Shown piece by piece: positions 29,614 through 32,000 of a DNA stretch of 32,000 bases; within the stretch, counting starts at the first letter, position 1, and each line of letters begins with the position of its first letter. The DNA is from Geotalea daltonii FRC-32 (GTDB taxonomy: Bacteria > Desulfobacterota > Desulfuromonadia > Geobacterales > Geobacteraceae). The stretch is from assembly GCF_000022265.1 (NCBI RefSeq), contig NC_011979.1, positions 2,280,001 through 2,312,000 of the forward strand. Direction: 5' to 3'. Under the pieces are notes generated by a model, which ran no database searches, was not told where the DNA came from, and was given only the letters and a program-made list of their open reading frames with translations. The translations under genes and the position numbers were made by a program.

Positions 29614-31047
29614 TTATTTCCCGTTCTCCAATTTCAGCTCCCTCACCTGCCCAAAGGCAGAAAGTGGCCCATCCAGTTTCTTCTCATCCCCGACAACCAC
29701 CAGCACCATGCGCTCCGGGTGCAGATACTTTTTAGCCACGCGTAGCACATCCTCTTTCGTCACCTTGGCCAGGTTATCCCGGTAGTTTTCCAGGTAACCT
29801 GCCGGGTAGTCGAAATATTCGAGCCGAACCCGCTGATTGACGATGGTATCCGGTCTGGTGAAGCCGAAGATGAAGGAGTTGATCATGAAATCCTTGGCCA
29901 GCTTCAGTTCTTCGTCGGTAACCGGTGCCTTAGTCATGCCGGCGATTATGTCACGCATCAGGTTGGTCGCCTTGATGGTGGACTGGCTTTTTGTTTCGGT
30001 TTCTGCCACAAAGGTGCCGATAAACTGACGGCCGATATCGAAGTGGCTGTCCACGTTATAGGCGAGTCCTTGATTGGAGCGGATTTCCTGGGTGAGGCGC
30101 GAGGTGAAACCGCCGCCAAGTATGTAGTCCATGATCCTTACCGCGTAAAGGTCCGGGTTGTTCTTATCGATGCCCAGATCTCCCATGCGGATCACCGACT
30201 GGCCAATATCCTTCCTTGCCAGCAACACCTCGGGCTTTATCTCCTTTTGCACCGGGGGGACGGGAGGGTATTCGACCGCCAACTTTTCCCAGCCGGCAAA
30301 GGTCTTTTCCAGCTTTTCGATCAGCTCCTTCTTGTCGAAATCGCCGGCTACGGCGAGCATCATGGTATTGGGGTGGTAATATCGCTGATGGAATTTGATC
30401 AGGTCATCCCTGCTGATGCTCTTCACCGTTTCGATGGTGGGTATTCTCCCCAAGGGGTGATTGGGATAGATGGCCTTTTGCAGTTCCCGGTCCGCCACTT
30501 CCTTGGGGTTGTCATTCTGGCGGCGCAGCCCTTCGATGGTGCGATTTTTTGCCAGAGCCACCCGGTCCTCGCGAAAAGCCGGATTCATGGCCAGATCGGC
30601 GAAGAGGAAAAGGGTCGTATCCAGATTCTTTTTCAGGCAGCTGAGGGAAATATTGCCCACGTCGGCGCCGATGCTTGATTCAATGGATGAAGCCATGAAT
30701 TCAAGTTCCGCATCCAGCTTCTCCGGTGTTCTGGACCTGGTTCCGCCACTGCGCATTACCGCCCCGGTAAGCCCGGCCAGCCCGGCTTTGTCCGCCGGCT
30801 CATAAATGCTGCCGGTCCTTATGTAGGCGGTGATGCTGACGATGGGGAGTTCGTGATCTTCCAGCATATGAACGATCATGCCGTTTTTAAGCTGTACCCG
30901 CTCAGTTTTGGGAATCTCGAACTTAAGTGGCGAAAAGGCCATGGTTCGCGGGTTTGCCACCTGTGCGCCGGTGGTGCATCCTGAGATGACCAGCACCAGG
31001 CTGAGAAAAAAACCGCATCCAGTTAAAGCTCTTTTTATGTTTTTCAT
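29614..31047 (-). CDS. M16-family (pitrilysin-like) peptidase lipoprotein, probably the non-catalytic subunit
   Basis: 477 aa with lipobox LVLVISGC. It has the two-domain M16 architecture, but GLAGLTGAVMRSGGT replaces the G.AHxxEH..F.GT zinc-binding motif. Confidence 0.8.
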   Translation of the reverse strand: MKNIKRALTGCGFFLSLVLVISGCTTGAQVANPRTMAFSPLKFEIPKTERVQLKNGMIVHMLEDHELPIVSITAYIRTGSIYEPADKAGLAGLTGAVMRSGGTRSRTPEKLDAELEFMASSIESSIGADVGNISLSCLKKNLDTTLFLFADLAMNPAFREDRVALAKNRTIEGLRRQNDNPKEVADRELQKAIYPNHPLGRIPTIETVKSISRDDLIKFHQRYYHPNTMMLAVAGDFDKKELIEKLEKTFAGWEKLAVEYPPVPPVQKEIKPEVLLARKDIGQSVIRMGDLGIDKNNPDLYAVRIMDYILGGGFTSRLTQEIRSNQGLAYNVDSHFDIGRQFIGTFVAETETKSQSTIKATNLMRDIIAGMTKAPVTDEELKLAKDFMINSFIFGFTRPDTIVNQRVRLEYFDYPAGYLENYRDNLAKVTKEDVLRVAKKYLHPERMVLVVVGDEKKLDGPLSAFGQVRELKLENGK

Positions 31048-31086
31048 GGCTAACCTCGGAATGGTCTAGTTTTTTCAGAAGATGGG

Positions 31087-32000
31087 CTACTTGCCTGCCT
31101 GGCGCTTGGCGATGACTCCTACGATCCGGTTCGTCTTCACCAGGTATTTCTGCGCCACGCGTATGACGTCGTCGGGTGTCACCCTGGCGACATGCTGCCG
31201 GTGCTCGATCAGATAACGCCAGCTGCCGGTGGTCGCCTCGTATTCGGTGAGGTTTCTCGCCAGGCCACCGTTGGAAATCATCTGTCGTGATTCTTCGTAT
31301 TCCAGCTTGTTGAGTATCTGCTGCAGCTCGGGAGGGGTAACCGGTTCCTTTTTCAGCCGTTCCAGCTCCTCATAAACAGCCTCTTCCACCTCTTTTGCCG
31401 TATGTGGGTCCCGCGGGGTTGCAGCCAGGACATACAGATTCGGGTAGCGGGTTCCCGGCGCTGGAAATGAGGAAATATCGGTGGCCAGCTGTTTTTCCAC
31501 CACCAGCTTCTTGTGCAGTCTGGATGTGCGGCCATCGGCCAGCAGCATATCTATGACATCGAAGACGTAGTCATCGGGAGAGGGAAAGGTGGGCTTGTGA
31601 AAGGCTATGATCAGCTGCGACTCGGCGTCGGCCTCTACTTCGATCCGCTTTTCACCAAGCTGCTGTGGCTCTTCCACTGCAACCGGCTGCACCGGTGTTC
31701 CCGGCGCTATGTCACCAAAAAATTTTTCCACCAGGGCTATGGTCTCGGCAATTTTTATGTCGCCGACGATGGCTATAATGGCGTTGTTGGGGGCGTAATA
31801 TTTATGGAGGAAGGCCTCCGCCTTGGTCCGCGACAGGTTTTGCAGGTCGGACATCCAGCCGATGATCGGCTGACCGTAAGGATGGGCAACGAAGGCGGTG
31901 GCAACGAAATTCTCCCACAGTTGACCTTCCGGTTCCGTCTCATAGGAGCGGCGACGTTCTTCCATGACCACATCACGCTCCGTGTAAAACTCCCGCAGCA
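31087..32000 (-). CDS. M16-family peptidase, C-terminal ~304 aa (5' end lies beyond the window)
   Basis: The reading frame stays open to the window edge (...LREFYTERDVVMEERR..., the conserved M16 R/Y region). The Met at 31971 in the ORF track is therefore internal. Confidence 0.8.
   Translation of the reverse strand, partial: LREFYTERDVVMEERRRSYETEPEGQLWENFVATAFVAHPYGQPIIGWMSDLQNLSRTKAEAFLHKYYAPNNAIIAIVGDIKIAETIALVEKFFGDIAPGTPVQPVAVEEPQQLGEKRIEVEADAESQLIIAFHKPTFPSPDDYVFDVIDMLLADGRTSRLHKKLVVEKQLATDISSFPAPGTRYPNLYVLAATPRDPHTAKEVEEAVYEELERLKKEPVTPPELQQILNKLEYEESRQMISNGGLARNLTEYEATTGSWRYLIEHRQHVARVTPDDVIRVAQKYLVKTNRIVGVIAKRQAGK

Overview
This is bacterial chromosomal DNA of roughly 58-60% GC. 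Gene content and sequence style resemble a Geobacter/Desulfuromonadales-type deltaproteobacterium, but that is inference only. All calls rest on motif recognition by eye, with no database search.

I call about 40 protein-coding genes or gene remnants. Everything before 29.4 kb is on the + strand except one GlxA-type regulator. The window ends with a convergent - strand block: an untracked 35-aa zinc-ribbon ORF and two M16 peptidase genes, the last running off the window. I saw no rRNA, tRNA, CRISPR, transposase, integrase or phage genes.

The content looks like an accessory mosaic:
- Exported hydrolases: a peptidase-MA-like lipoprotein, two transglutaminase-like proteins, a class-C beta-lactamase-like lipoprotein, an HSL-type esterase, an alpha/beta hydrolase, an HLD-II haloalkane dehalogenase and an Lnt-like CN-hydrolase.
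- Methyltransferases: four class I SAM methyltransferase domains plus an ICMT-like membrane methyltransferase.
- Two GNAT domains.
- Regulators: AraC x2, GlxA, MerR fusion, ArsR, and an ECF sigma/anti-sigma pair.
- One Phd/PIN toxin-antitoxin pair.

Observations most worth follow-up:
1. An almost identical ECF-type promoter (GGGAAC-N16-CGTAT) sits in front of the ECF sigma gene and, 27.5 kb away, in front of the peptidase-MA lipoprotein gene.
2. A paralogous ~195-bp module supplies the last ~12 codons (AAFKWExYVxA) of two unrelated exported enzymes plus a translationally coupled small membrane protein. The second copy is frameshifted.
3. A 106-bp direct repeat carrying the 5' end of a CYTH/CyaB-like gene brackets a 5.8-kb seven-gene cassette. 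A truncated VOC gene lies next to it.
4. A MerR-methyltransferase fusion is preceded by a 61-aa stand-alone paralogue of its own central domain.
5. An ICMT-like methyltransferase sits next to a CPBP (CAAX-protease family) gene.
6. An ArsR-led five-gene redox/methylation operon.
7. The ECF sigma, anti-sigma, a 230-nt hairpin-rich leader and an atypical signal peptidase I form one unit.
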